Source of the DNA: Octopus sinensis
Taxonomy: Eukaryota
Assembly: GCF_006345805.1 (NCBI RefSeq)
Contig: NC_042998.1
Coordinates: forward strand, 194,928,001 to 194,992,000
DNA length: 64,000 nucleotides
Direction of reading: 5' to 3'
In this document: piece after piece, positions 39,254 to 52,901 of the stretch
Numbering within the stretch: position 1 is the first letter of the stretch
How the letters are laid out: the number at the start of each line of letters is the position of its first letter
Position numbers and translations under genes: made by a program
The notes under the pieces: model-generated
Told to the model about the DNA's origin: nothing
What the model saw: only the letters and a program-made list of their open reading frames with translations
Database searches by the model: none

Positions 39254-39470
39254 TTTGTTTATGTGTGTGTCTTTGTGTCTGTAATTTTCATCCAATACTG
39301 CTTGACGACTGGTGTTGACGTATTTACGTCGTCGTAACTTAACGGTTTGGCAAAAATGACAGATAGAATAAGTACCAGCCTTAAAAAAGTACTGGGGTGG
39401 GGTCGATTCATTCAACTAGAAATTCTGGCCGGAGTCTAATGACTTAAACAAGTAAAAGGCAGAAGATAAA
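38865..39470 (+). mobile_element. SINE family A interrupted in its TA tract by a ribozyme-bearing insert
   Basis: 5' half 38865-39022, (TA)n, insert at about 39068-39207, (TA)n, then a degenerate 3' half. Confidence 0.8.
39075..39180 (+). ncRNA. Type I hammerhead ribozyme with intact catalytic core
   Basis: CUGAUGA at 39090-96; stem II GCGUAAAG/CUUUACGC (39097-104 / 39143-150); GAAA at 39151-54; stem III ACC-AAUC-GGU; GUA cleavage triplet (39162-64); stem I CGGCUUACU/AG(A)UGAGCCG plus CCAU/AUGG. Confidence 0.85.
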
Positions 39471-39628
39471 AGATAAACGTCTGCATTTCAGTTGTTTTGC
39501 ACGTCGATGAGCAGAAATCGTACTCACGTTCAGAGAATACCTTTTACCTTTCACATGTTTCAGCTTTGAAGGGTTTTGTCGAACACATCGATTCCAATAC
39601 TTATTTTTAAGTCTGGTTATTTAAAAAA

Positions 39629-41216
39629 TTTTCGTCAGAAAAGTAGATATAATTTTTTATCAAAGTTGTTTTATATTCTATAATTTTCACAGACAATAAA
39701 TACGATATTATTTGTTATTGCCTGAGATTTTGGTGTAATTTGAGAGGATAATACAAAAGTTATGGATGATTTAGTGATTTACTGTAAAAACCCATGGCGG
39801 CCAAAATGATCAGAACGGTTGCTTTTACTCCGTGTTTTAGTATATTTAACCGGCAAACTCTAATGTTTTGAATTTGTTTACGTGACGGTTCGTTTACTAA
39901 ACATTAGTATGAATATCTGCAGTGTATTTTGTTAATATAATGCCACTTACTCCGTTACCAATTCGTCAGCAGATTATTAAGCTTCGAAGGAAGGATAATT
40001 TAAGTATTGGATCTATTGAAAATATTGTTAACAAGTCAAAAAGTGTTGTACACGGTATTCTTAAGGTCTACGATGATTGTGGTTCGTGTGAAGCAAGAAA
40101 GTTTACAGGTAGGCCAAGAGAAACGACCAAGAGAGAAGATCGTGCTATGGTAAAGTTGGTTAAAAGGACAGATTTAAAACTGCTGCTGTTGTTTCTCGGA
40201 AAATGAGCATTGTATTGAAGAAAACTTTATCTCGAAAAACTGTGTCTCGTCGTTTAGTTGAACATGACCTACAAGCAAGAGCACCTGCGGTGAAGCCACT
40301 GATCAGCTCCAAGAATAAAAAGTGTCGTCTTAACTTTGCAACCGAACATGTGTTGTGGTCTCAAGAAAAATGGCAAACGGTGCATTTCAGTGATGAATCT
40401 AAGTTTATGCTATTTGGCTCAGATGGGAAAAGGTACGTACGTAGGTGAAAAATTGTTGCCTAAATGCCTTAAGACTAGTGTTAAATTCGGTGGAGGAAGT
40501 GTCATGGTTTGGGGAATGATATCTGGAGATGGTGTGGGCCCTTTGGTGCGATTACATGGAAAGTTAAATGCAGGAGTTTATAAACAACTTGTAAAAGATC
40601 ATGTCTTGCCTGTGCTGAGAAATTCAACTAAGCGACCACCCATATTCATGCAGGACAATGCCCCATGTCACAAGGCTAAGGTGGTCATGAACTTCTTCAA
40701 GGCTGAAAAGGTTATTGTTATGGATTGGCCAGCACAAAGCCCAGATCTCAATCCTATTGAAAATGTGTGGAATATTCCAGGAGAATGTTCGAAAGCCAGA
40801 AATCCTAAAACAACTGAGCAATTATGGAATGCCCTTCAGGAAGAATGGAATAAGATTACCCAGCAAGAAATTGAAAATTTAATTTCCTCGTGCAGTCGAA
40901 GATGTCAGAGTGTGATTGAAGCTAAAGGGCTTCACACTAAATATTAAATAATTCCAGTATTGTCTGTCATTTTTGATTATTTTGTTATTTTTCAACCGTT
41001 CTGATCATTTTGGCCGCCATGGGTTTTGCAGTAAATCACTAAATCATCTATAACTTTTGTATTATCCTCTCAAATTACACCAAAATCTCAGACAATAACA
41101 ATTAATATTGTATTTATTGTCTGTGAAAATTATAGAATATAAAACAACTTTGATAAAAAATTATATCTACTTTTCTGACGAAAACAATGCCGTTCTGAAC
41201 ATTTTGGCCGCAACTG
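39629..41216 (+). mobile_element. Tc1-family DD34E transposon with long IR-DR termini; left outer end truncated
   Basis: Inverted repeats 39629-39821 and 40993-41216 with internal direct repeat GGCCAAAATG(A/T)TCAGAACGG; right end CAACTG|TA. Confidence 0.92.
39940..40947 (+). pseudogene. Frameshifted Tc1 transposase
   Basis: Three overlapping ORFs give the HTH and GRPR motif, FSDESKF, VMVWG, FMQDNAPCH and WPAQSPDLNPIE. 34 residues between the second D and E. Confidence 0.92.
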
Positions 41217-41225
41217 TATCTATAA

Positions 41226-41256
<31 letters not shown>

Positions 41257-41339
41257 CAAAACTTACTTGGAAAAGGATGCGTGGCGTTCAATCATATAAA
41301 TATAAATAAATATATATACATATTTCTTTTTTTTTTTCG

Positions 41340-41613
41340 ACCAAACCATCTGATGTTGTTACACATCGCTGGTCACAATGCGTTCGCATTGTTTTAGCCT
41401 TCGAATGACGCCACCCCGCTGGCTAAGCGAGCAGGCCAACAGAAGAAAGAGTGGTGAAATAGTACAGTAGGGATCACCACCCCCTGCCGGAGCGTCGTGG
41501 AGCTTTTAGGTGTTTTCGCTCAATAAACACTCACAACGCCCGGTCTGGGAATCGAAACCGCGATCCTACGACCGCGAGTCCGCTGCCCTAACCATTGGGC
41601 CATTGCGCCTCCA
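41340..41613 (-). mobile_element. SINE family B2
   Basis: Reverse complement of the B head and the B2 tail. Confidence 0.85.
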
Positions 41614-41642
41614 CACATATGCATATATATACATACATATAG

Positions 41643-41813
41643 GTACATACTTACATGTCTACGTATATACATATGCATATGTGGACACAGGGCGTCACAA
41701 AACATAAACAACAATTAGTACGAAGTATTTCCTCGTACATCGTATTAATGTTTTATGTTTTGTGACGCCCTGTGCCCACAAATGCATATGTATATACGTA
41801 GACATGTATGTAC
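41643..41813. repeat. Foldback or MITE-like inverted repeat (~65-bp arms)
   Basis: ...GGACACAGGGCGTCACAAAACATAAACA versus TGTTTTATGTTTTGTGACGCCCTGTGCCC... Confidence 0.8.
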
Positions 41814-42940
41814 GTATACGTATGTCTATATGAATATAAATATATAAAACTTACTTGGAAAAGGATGCGTGGCGTTCGATCATATAATAGTATAAATAAT
41901 ATATAAATATAAGCATATATACATATATGTGCACACCTACATATATATATATATACATGCGACATCAAAAATATATATACATGCGACATCAAAAATATAT
42001 ATACATGCAACATCAAAAACGTTGAACACAATGAGAAACGAAAACATAAAAACTAAAACGTAGAAACAAACTATTTTTCAGACAACGAAAGAAACAAACG
42101 GAGAACCGAGACATACAACATAAAGAATATTCCCTTTCTTCAGTTGTCCCTGTTTCAAATACTCCACGTTTCCGAAGGCAAGGACAAGACGCGACTTCGT
42201 TGAAACAATCCATCCCGCAAAGCAAATTAAATAAAATTTGAGATTTTTTGCGGAGGGTGAGAGTGGTAACAAGAACAGGACAGTGAGAACAAAACAGTAA
42301 AAACAATAAAAAAGTAATAACAGTAAAAGACAGAACAATGAGAACAAAACAGTAAAAACAAACGATGAGGGTTGTTAAATCCAAGACGATGGAAAAATTA
42401 TTCCGAACGTTTAAGGAGACGAGCTTATGAAGGAGACAGTATAAGCCCGTTTAGTCTTTGCGAAGGTAGTAGTCAGAAAGTTGGATTCCCTCTCGTCACG
42501 TGTCAGCGACGAAAGAGTCGAGGAGGAGGAGTGAGAAAGAGGGAACGGTGAAGGGGAGAGGAGAAGAATAGGGAAGGGTGGGAGAGAAAACCTGAAAGGA
42601 TGAAGAACAATATACATATATATGTAGGTATGCACATATATGTATATATAGATGCATATATTTATAATACTTTCTCTTGTTGCTACTGTTGTTATTGTTG
42701 CTGTGGTTATGGTGACAAAGGCAAGAGATTTTACCCCAACCCTTGTCTGAGAACAGAAAGTACTCTGAGGATTAGTATTACAAGTGTAACATCTAACCGT
42801 TCCTGCCTTCTTCCACAATTCTTATTAAACCCTCATTATGTAAAGAAATGGCGTTAGGGATCTTCTCCATGCTTTCAGAGATGAGAAGCATGTGGAATCT
42901 ATTTTGAGTTCAGACCAGTTCTATAGGTCTGATAACGATA

Positions 42941-43237
42941 TCTTTATATATAAAACTGAAGTTGTGTGAGAGTCTGTCTCCTCCGATTTAGATTCCTAAC
43001 TACTCCCACATTTTGCGGTGCAGTTTAACCAAATTCTTATAGTCGTGATTCATATCGAGCCATTCTGGGTATTAGCGCGCGTCTACGATGAGTCTACGAT
43101 TTAAAAAAAATTTACCATCATTTTTTCGGATTTTTAATGCATTTTTTGGTCGGTTTATATAAGGGAAGTAACTCTCTAAAAATGCTTATATAGTTAGTTC
43201 CCTTACAAACCCGAGCAACGCCGGGAAATACTGCTAG
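42941..43237 (+). mobile_element. Non-autonomous Helitron-like element
   Basis: A|TC start, terminal hairpin, CTAG|T end; related to 61562-61959. Confidence 0.75.
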
Positions 43238-43509
43238 TACATTATATTTATTTAGTAAAAATGCATTCAAAAGAATGTTTCCAATGGAAACACACGTGCC
43301 TGCATATGGGTTGGATGCGGGGAACTGAACACATAGGTGTATTTCTCTCTTTCCTTCGGGTGTAAAGTTATTTAACTGACTCAAAGGCCAAGTGTTTCGT
43401 GCATTGCGCTTAGCAAACTTCATAGCCGAATAAAGAAATATACATTGAAATATGACTTATTGTATCACTTTAAAAATTCTTCTAAATTACACACACGCCT
43501 ACACGCATA

Positions 43510-43905
43510 CATGTATGTATGTATGTATGTATGTATGTATGTATGTATGTATGTATGTATGTATGTATGTATGTATGTATGTATTATATGCGTGTGCGTG
43601 TCTCTGTGTATGTATGTATGTAAGTATGTACGTACGTACGCATGCATGCATGCATGAATGTATGTATGTATGTATGTATGTATGTATGTATGTATGTACG
43701 TACGTACGTACGTACGTACGTACGTACGTATGTATGTATGCATGCATGCATGTATGTATGTATGTATGTATGTATGTATGTATGTATGTATGTACGTACG
43801 TACGTACGTACGTATGTATGTATGTACGTACGTACGTATGTATGTATGTATGGTATGGTATGTATGTATGTATGTACGTACGTACGTACGTATGCATGTA
43901 TGTAT
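43510..43905. repeat. (TATG)n/(TACG)n array
   Basis: Seen directly in the sequence. Confidence 0.95.
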
Positions 43906-44800
43906 ATCTTCGGTGTTAACTCCACAAAGTCTTCATTTCATATTTTGCTGCTTTTCCTGATTTCCTGTCTCTTTTGTGCATCAAATATTTGGTTGATATA
44001 TCCTGTTCCTGGATTGCAAACGTATACCGTTCAAAGTGAGAGGTAGTAATCCGGTTGTTGGTCCATGATAGACTACTTTGATGATCAATGTTACAATCAT
44101 CTCGGAGCTTTCTACTAACATGTCCATGCATGGTCTTCTGCTCATATACATTCATCCTTTCATCTGATGATATGCTGCGGTTGTGTCGTGCGACTTCTTT
44201 GGGTATGTATTTAAGGAGCTGCCTTCCAAATCTTATGACGTTATCGGCCTCATGTATGCAAACTTGGTCAAGAGATGCACTTCGATACTTGGTGGTTAAA
44301 AGATGTTGCTGAAAGGATATGATATGACATTCAAAGGCATGTTGGATCGATGTTAGCCTCTGCTGCCTTGTTTTCGTTTTAGGTATAGATGGCCTACGTC
44401 ACTGTTGATATGGAAATTATGTGTGCTTGTTAGTATCTTCCGGGTTTTCACATCAATGGCTCGGATCTCATCAAGTGTCCAATGAAGCAGCCCAAATGTC
44501 GGTATGAGTACTGGCACTGCAAACACATTGTGGGCCACCGTTTTTTTGAATGCATAGAGTTCCAAGGTCCAAATTTTCTTTATTCGGCTGTAATATTCTT
44601 TAGTGACACGTGTTTTCTTACAGGTGCCATTGTAAGATGTTTTCATCCACCCCTCGATACCTGTAACATTCCTCATCAGATATAGGGGAAACAGTTAAGT
44701 CATTGATGGAGACGTTGATAATCTGGTTTACAGTTTTCCCTCTTTTCACAACCATATAGCAATATTTCCCCTGACCGAATTCCAGCCCTATTTCCTTTAT
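43906..44800 (-). mobile_element. R4/Dong-like LINE, RT C-terminal and thumb fragment
   Basis: GLEFGQGK, EYYSRIKKIW...FAVPVLIPTFGLLHWT...DVKTRKILT...SDVGHLYLKRKQGSRG, KTMHG...AIQEQDIST. Confidence 0.85.
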
Positions 44801-44803
44801 GTA

Positions 44804-46032
44804 TGAGGGGTGTTTGTTAACAATCTCCCCTGACCCACTTCTCAAGGACTAGAATAAACGAAACTTGGCATAATTATTAGTCCTTCTCTACATAGCCACC
44901 ACCAAGGGTGACACATTTCTCCCGTCGCTTTATGCAGCTGTGAAGACCTCGTTTGTAGAAGTCGGCAGGTTAAGTTAATCATAATCCGAAAAGCGCTTCC
45001 CTTAAAAAAAAGAAAAGACTTCTTGGTTGGAAAGAGGTGGAAGTTAGATGGTTTGAGATCGTGAGAGTAAAGAGGGTGAGGAAGGCTTTCATTACCGCAG
45101 GAATGTGCTTTCATTTGGGCAACATGCACATTCTGAACTGGGGCGTTGTCTTGGAGGAGGCGAACTCTTTTGGTCAGCATGCCTCTCTCTTTGATGGCGT
45201 CCCGCAATTTCTGCAGCAGAGAAGCAGTATATGTCCCGTTAGTTGTGGGGCCTTTTGCCAGAAAAATCCATCATCACTGCTCCGCGTTGGTCCCAAAAGA
45301 CTGTAAAAATCACCTTGCCCGCTGAGGGTTGGACACGAGCCTCCTTTGGAAGTTGTGAGTTATGCTTCCATTGCTTCGACTAGACTTTAGTCTCAGGATC
45401 ATAGTGATGGGCTCATGTTTCATCCCGTGTGATAAGTCCTCGTTTTCATGGCACATGGCCAAAAAGTCTAGAAGCAATGGACTTGTTCCTGCTTCTGAAA
45501 AGGTGTGAGCATCCGAGGAATCTATCGTGCAGACAACTTCTGCATGTGCAAATGGTCATGAATGATTTTTTTCCACGGACTCTACACTTATCTCCACTTC
45601 TTGGGCTAGTTGCCGAATAGTTATTTGGAAATCCTCCAAAACGGCGGCTTCCACTTTATGGATGGTACTGTCATCAATGGCGGAATGTGGTCGTCCAGGA
45701 ATAGGAGCAGTTTCCACCGATGTCCGACGATACTTGAACTAGCGATGCCAGTACTTGACTACGTCGTATGATGATGCATCTTCACCTTAAACTTCGTTCA
45801 TCTTATCGAAAGTCTCTTTTGGTGTACGACCTTTCAAGTATAAGAACCTGGTCACTGATCTGCATTCAACTACCCCCCATTATAACACATTAGTCAATAA
45901 AAGACGAATATTAGTGGAAAGTTGCAATTTACAATGTGACCTGTAGAGACATGTATGATTATACATATACAAGTTCCGTTTCCTGCTATAACCAGAAGTG
46001 GGTCAGGGGAAATCTTTAATGAACACCTCTAG
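44804..46032 (-). mobile_element. Decayed near full-length mariner element
   Basis: ~38-bp imperfect TIRs ending CCCCTGACCCACTTCT with flanking TA. Minus-strand FLYLKGRTPKE...PGRP and LLQDNAP...HPLYSHDLKPSNFHLFP. Confidence 0.85.
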
Positions 46033-46570
46033 TATGTATGTATGTGTGTATGTATGTATGTATGTATGTATGTATGTATGTATGTATGTATGTATGTATG
46101 TATGTATGTATGTATGTATGTGTGTATGTATGTATGTATGTATGTATGTATGTATGTATGTATGTATGTATGTATGTATGTATGTGTGTATGTATGTATG
46201 TATGTATCTATGTATGTATGTATGTATGTATGTGTGTGTGTATGTATGTATGTATGTATGTATGTATGTATGTATGTATGTATGTATGTATGTATGTATG
46301 TATGTATGTGTGTGTATGCATGTATGTATTGTGTATGTGTGTATGTATGTATGTATGCATGCATGCATGCATGCATGTATGTATGTATGTATGAATGTAT
46401 GCATGCATGTATGTATGTATGTATGTATGTGTGTATGCATGTATGTATGTATGTATGTATGTATGTGTGTATGTATGCATGTGTGTATGTATGTATGTAT
46501 GTATGTATGTATGTATGTGTGTATGTATGCATGTATGTATGAATGTGTGTATATATGTATGTATGTATGT
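46033..46570. repeat. (TATG)n array
   Basis: Seen directly in the sequence. Confidence 0.95.
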
Positions 46571-47050
46571 AGATGTTCCCGTAAACTAGTGGATCGCTAA
46601 AACAAACCGAATGAAGTACGAGGCTTTAAAATGAGTATTAAAATTCTTCAAAGCGGTGCCCCAACAGGGCCATAGTCTAAGGACTAAAGCAAATAAAATA
46701 TAAAAGATAAAAGAAACACACACACGGCCGCGCGCGCGCATATTTCCAACATTGTTGTCCCTTTAGAAGTCTTATAAGCTAGGGGAAGTAAGTTGCGCTA
46801 CACTATTTTTTTAATGTAAAGTTATTTCCCTTACAAAACCTATTCTGGGCATGTACACCAGAATTCCTAACCGCCATTTCAAGGTGCTGGTATTAAAAAA
46901 AAAGATTAATAAGAAGTGGACTTATTTTATTATTCTGCAGGAATTGCACATCTCATCCTTTGATTGTTTCTGAATTCTTTCTGCTGTATGAAAGTCGAAG
47001 TTATGAACAAATGCCTGTTAAGTATTAGTATCTTCTACTTATTACATCTC

Positions 47051-47259
47051 TCTTTTACTCTTTTACTTGTTTCAGTCATTTGACTGCGGCCATGCTGGAG
47101 CACCGCCTTTAGTCGAGCAAATCGACCCCAAGACTTTTTCTTTGTAAGTCCTTATTCTATCGGTCTCTTTTGCTGAACCGCTAAGTGACGGGGACGTAAA
47201 CACACTAGCATCGGTTGTCAAGCAATGCTAGGGGAACAAACACAGACACACAAACACAC

Positions 47260-47304
<45 letters not shown>

Positions 47305-47470
47305 TACGACAGGCTTCTTTCAGTTTCCGTCTACCAAATCCACTCACAAGGCATTGGTCGGCCCGGGGCTATAGCAGAAGACACTTGCCCAAGATTCCAC
47401 ACAGTGGGACTGAACCCAGAACATGTGGTTGGTTAGCAAGCTACTTACCACACAGCCACTCCTGCGCCTA
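47051..47470 (-). mobile_element. SINE family A
   Basis: Matches the family consensus on the minus strand. Confidence 0.85.
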
Positions 47471-47483
47471 TGTATATATATAT

Positions 47484-47598
<115 letters not shown>

Positions 47599-47830
47599 TA
47601 TTGATCCTTAATGAGTTGACGCAGGATCTCCTAACGACAATGTAAACTTTATATAATCGATGTAACCTTGGCCTGAAGAGTAGCTTGTGGTCTACCCCTT
47701 GTTTGAATAATTTACTACTTCTGAGGTTCCGCTAGCTTTGAAACATATGTAGCCTGGATTTTATCTACTCCATTCTCTAATTGTCGAATACACACACATA
47801 CACACACACACACACACCACACACACACAC

Positions 47831-47872
<42 letters not shown>

Positions 47873-48079
47873 TTATTTATACATATATTTAAAGATTTTT
47901 GCAAAACGACTCTTGGGGTGCTTATCTGAACCTGCTGGTATGCGTGTGTATGCACGCAAGCATGTGTATGTATATATGTACGCTTATTCCAGGTGTATAT
48001 GTGATTATGTGCATGTGTTTATCTGAGGAACCTTAAATTGAAAATTCCTGGAATAATTTACCAATTTTCAATGTATTTC

Positions 48080-48550
48080 TAATCAGGTTGCATTTGCAGA
48101 ATGTAGATCTGTTTGCTCTGTCTTTTTTGGAGAACCCTAGAATTCCTGTATTTTCTATGCAAATCTGTTTTTACATAACCCATTGTGCCCAGGATAGTAG
48201 GCACAAACGAAAATCTACAAACTTGATATAAGAGCTGTATGCTTCTCATTAATTCTCCAAAGATGTTCCCCGTTTTCCCCAACTTTTGATGCAGTTTTCC
48301 CATTTACTGGACAGTGTGTAGTCGGAATTTGAACCCTGACTCCTGGATATCCAGGTGGGCACCATGAGTGAGCCATTACAGTTTCACATGATGGATCTAT
48401 GAATAGACCACTCAATGTGAAGCTGTGGCATGATATGGCTTTCTTGGATGCTCTAAAATATTCTCTCTGTCACCTTATAAAAACCGTTTGGTGCTTGACT
48501 CAGTGCCCAGAGGACTGCCAGAAATCTGATGCCACAGACCAGCTCAAGCT
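48080..48550 (-). mobile_element. R4/Dong-like LINE C-terminal restriction-like endonuclease remnant
   Basis: KLGKTGNIFGELMRSIQLLYQVCRFSFVPTILGTMGYV resembles the post-RLE Y.F..IP+V+GALG segment. Confidence 0.55.
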
Positions 48551-49128
48551 TTTGTGTAGGCACGGACATGGCTGTGTGGTTAGGGAGCTTGCTTCCTAAC
48601 TACATGGTTTCGGGTTCAGTTCCACTGTGTGGCACTTTGGGCAGGTGTCTTCTATAGCCCCGAGCCAACCGGAGCTTTGTGATTGAATTCGGTAGGCGGG
48701 AGTTACTGCCGTGTGTGTATGTGTGCGTATAGCTGCTCAGTGCCTCTCCGAAAGAGAGAGAGGGAACTCCAGGCACCTGGACACACCCCATAATGTCCCA
48801 CAGTTAGCTTTCTACATTCACAAAGCAATTTTTCTCTCCTCCTAGTCTGCAATTATTAATACTTTTCATTGTAAATGGCCAACACCAAATTTATCGTGTC
48901 TCACAGTAAATATCTAAGTTAAATGTTTGTGAGTTTGCTTTAGTTATTTAGTCATGTAGCCAACGACATCTTCATGTACGCTACAACAGTGATAAGAAAG
49001 CCAACCACTTTAATCACAATGGTGATTCAAACATTTGAAATATGTCATCATTGACCAGTTCAATTCAAGCAACAAGCAAATCAAATGACAAGTACATGAC
49101 TTTTGCCAAGCCCATTTATGTATCTATA

Positions 49129-49130
<2 letters not shown>

Positions 49131-49159
<29 letters not shown>

Positions 49160-49232
49160 TGTATGTATGTATTATGTATGCATGCATGTATGTATGTATG
49201 CATGCATGCATGCATGCATGTATGTATGTATG

Positions 49233-49264
<32 letters not shown>

Positions 49265-49622
49265 TGTATGTAGTATGTATGTATGTATGTATGCATGCAT
49301 GTATGTATGTATGCATGCATGCATGCATGCATGTATGTATGTAGTGTATGTATGTATGTATGTTATGTATGTATGTATGTATGTATGGTATGTATGTATG
49401 TATGTATGTATGCATGTATGTATGTATGTATGTATGTATGTATGTATGTATTATGATGCATGTATGATGTATGTATGTATGTATGTAGCATGCATGCATG
49501 CATACATGCATGCATGTATGTATGTATGTCTGTATGTTATATGTATGTATATATATATGCATGTATGTATGTAATGTATGTATGTATGTATGTGAGTGTG
49601 TGTATGTATGTATGCATATATG

Positions 49623-49656
<34 letters not shown>

Positions 49657-49796
49657 TGTATGTATGCATGCATGCATGCATGCATGTATGTATGTATTTA
49701 TGTATGTATATATATATGCATGTATGTATGTATGTGAGTGTGTGTGTGTATGTATGTATGTGAGTGTGTGTATGTATGTATGTATGTATGTATGTA

Positions 49797-49863
<67 letters not shown>

Positions 49864-49865
49864 AT
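49131..49865. repeat. (TATG)n grading into (TG)n
   Basis: Seen directly in the sequence. Confidence 0.95.
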
Positions 49866-50039
49866 ATGGATGCAGACATGGCTGAGTGGTTAGGTAGTTG
49901 ATGTTGCAATCATGTGGTCATTGTATCTTAGGCAATGGCTTTACCACAGCCTTAGGTTTGATCTGTATCTTGTGAATGAATTTGTGGAACGTAAAAAGCC
50001 CCATCCGTATGTGGTCAATGCCAGTGCTGTCCTGACTGG

Positions 50040-50300
50040 TTTCTGTGCCGGTGGCATGTAAAAAGCACCAACCGATCAGGGCCATTGCCAGCCTGCTCTG
50101 GCACCTGTGCTGGTGGCATGTAAAAAGCACCCACTACATTCTCAGAGTGGTTGGCATTGGGAAGGGCATCAAGCTGTAGAAACACTGCCAGATCAGACTG
50201 GAGCCTGGTGCAGCCTTCTGGCTTCCCAGATCCCAGTCGAACCGTCCAACCCATGCTAGCATGGAGAACGGGCGTTAAACAATGATGATGATGATGATGA
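50040..50300 (+). mobile_element. Interspersed repeat family D with (GAT)n tail (also 52395-52860 minus, 62828-63033 plus, 63338-63520 minus)
   Basis: GGCATCCAGCTGTAGAAAC...CCAACCCATGCTAGCATGGA...CGTTAAA(TGA)n. Confidence 0.8.
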
Positions 50301-50626
50301 GAAATAACATAGAAGCCTCTCAGATAGACTGTAGCCAAAATTCAAACATTCAGCCTTTCTACATGCAGTGTCTATCTAAATCTTGGGATAAATGATTCAC
50401 CTTTCCACCTTCCTTCAAAGATTTAAAATCTTGTCTAATAGTCAAAAATGATTTATTTTACATCATCATCATCATTTAACTGGTTTCCATACTGGCATGG
50501 CTTGGTAGAATCTACTGATGCCTACTTGATATAGTTTCCATAGCTGGATGCCCTCTACAGAGTGCATTGGATGCGTTTTTGTAGGAATATCGCACTTGTG
50601 AAGTTGCCATATAATTCACAAAACCG

Positions 50627-50942
50627 TAGGAGTGGCTGTGTGGTAAGTAACTTGCTTACCAACCACATGGTTCCAGGTTCAGTCCCACTGCGTGGCACCT
50701 TGGCAAGTGTTTTCTACTATAGCCTTGGGCTAACCAAAGCCTTGTGAGTGGATTTGGTAGACTGAAACTGAATGAAGCCTGTCATATATATGTGTATATA
50801 TCACCATGATCATCATGACCAACCAGGTTATCAGATGCTGCTACACATCGCTGGTCACAATGCACTTCACATTGTTTTAGCCTTCAAATGACGCCACCCT
50901 GCTGGCTAAGCAAGCAGGCCAATATGTGTGTATATATGTATG

Positions 50943-50979
<37 letters not shown>

Positions 50980-51193
50980 ATATGTTTGTGTTTCTGTGTT
51001 TGTCCCCCCCCAACATCGCTTGACAACCAATGCTGGTGTGTTTACGTCTCCATAACTTAGCAGTTCAGAAAAAGAGACTGATAGAATAAGTACTGGGCCT
51101 ACAAAGAATAAGTCCTGGGGTCGATTTGCTTGACTAAAGGCAGTGCTCCAGCATGGCCACAGTCACATGACTGAAACAAGTAAAAGAGTAAAA
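50627..51193 (+). mobile_element. SINE family A with a nested B2 tail fragment in its TA tract
   Basis: Inverted B2 tail at about 50800-50922 between the two halves of the SINE. Confidence 0.8.
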
Positions 51194-51409
51194 CAAAAAT
51201 ATTAAGAGGTTAAAGTATGATAGAGGGGCAGGAACAGGTGTCTCATCGTTAAGGAAATACAGGATTACCAAACATTATTTAAAGGTGGATGAGAAGATGG
51301 AGAATGGCTTTACCTACATTTTATACACTTCCACTTCTGGTTGCATATCCTTGACTTTTTGTGAACTACATCTGTGATCTCATTCTCGCCCACAACATCA
51401 TAAGAGGAA

Positions 51410-51730
51410 AGTGTAACCTCTCGAAAGAGCTGTTCTTCACTCCTGCTCCAGAGCGTCGGCTGCGGGGTCATTCCGAAAAGCTCTACCTGCGACGATTTCA
51501 TCTCAATTGAAGGAGAGGAGCTTTCTCCGTCCGGGTTGCGGATCCGTGGAACAAGCTGCCAGACGAGATGGTGAAGATGCCGACGACCGCTTTGTTCAAA
51601 GCCTCCCTGGACCTCAAGTGGCCTGAACTCTTTACATGAACACCACCCTGTACCTAACTCCATGTCCCCCTACATGGCCTTGCTATTTGCTTTTGAGCCA
51701 AATTAACTAACTAACTAACTAACTAACTAA
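51410..51730 (+). mobile_element. CR1-type LINE 3' end (second family) with (TAAC)n tail
   Basis: LRGHSEKLYLRRFHLN.RRGAFSVRVADPWNKLPDEMVKMPTTALFKASLD. Confidence 0.85.
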
Positions 51731-52143
51731 CATTATTACATAATTCTGAACCTCCGGAAACAGCTGTTTGACCTGTAATACTATATATGCTATAGTAGAA
51801 AACACTTTCTCCCCTTAGTTTTTTTACGTCTTTGTACTCTGTGTAAATCTGTTCTGTCGACATATAAATATCTATATCTTTATACATGATTGTTCAGAGT
51901 ATGAGTATTTTCAGTCTTTGTTTTCTCACTATTTACATATGTTTTATATATCTAGCCCAAGCAGTTTAATTTGTTTATTTCAATCATTATCTCCATATCT
52001 GCTCACATGGATTCCTCTTATAGCCCTCCTCACCCTTAATAAAAATTTGGAGTGTAAATTCAAATCATTTGAGCACTACAAAGTGTTTTCTGTATTGAGC
52101 ATCTCTGAATCTCATCTATTGACTCTCTTTCTCTATCTCTCTC

Positions 52144-52203
<60 letters not shown>

Positions 52204-52901
52204 CCTTATTTAAAAGTAAAACTATCCGACGAGCGGGAACGTGAAACTCCGAGTAGCAGCTTTTGTTATATTTCTGCTGCTTTTAAATAAAGCATATTAC
52301 TCTATCTCTGGTATTTGAGTACTCCTTTTTCCTCCTTGCTTCACATTTATGTGCTTACTCCGGTATATATATATATATATAATATATATATATATCATCC
52401 TCATCATCCTCATCATCGTTTCACATTTGCTTTCCATGCTGGCATGGGTTGGATGGCCTGACTGATGACTGGCAAACCAGGAGGCTGCACCAGGCTCCAA
52501 TCTGATCTGGCAAGGTTTCTACAGCTGGATGCCCTTCCTAATGCCAGCTACTTCAAGAGTGTAGTGGGTGCTTTTTACATGCCACTGGTATGGGGGCCAC
52601 TCAGGCAGCACAGGCAATGACCACACTCTAATTGTGCTTTTTACATACCACTGACATGGGACCAGTCAGGCAACACTGGCATTGACCACACTCGTATGGT
52701 GCTTTTTAAGTGCCACTGACATGAGTGCCAGTCATGTGGTACTGGCATCAGCCATGACAATAATTTCACTTGATTCAACAGCTCTTCTCAAGCACAGTAT
52801 ATTGCCCAATGATTGAAGGGTACTCTTAAATGGGCCAGTTATGCGATACTGGCATTGGCCATGGTTATGGTCTCACTTGGCTTGCTGGGTCTTCTCCAGC
52901 A

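Noticed and set aside
40624-40821. Antisense ORF within Tc1 (and antisense ORFs over the LINE fragments)
   Set aside because: Shadow ORFs of transposon coding strands.
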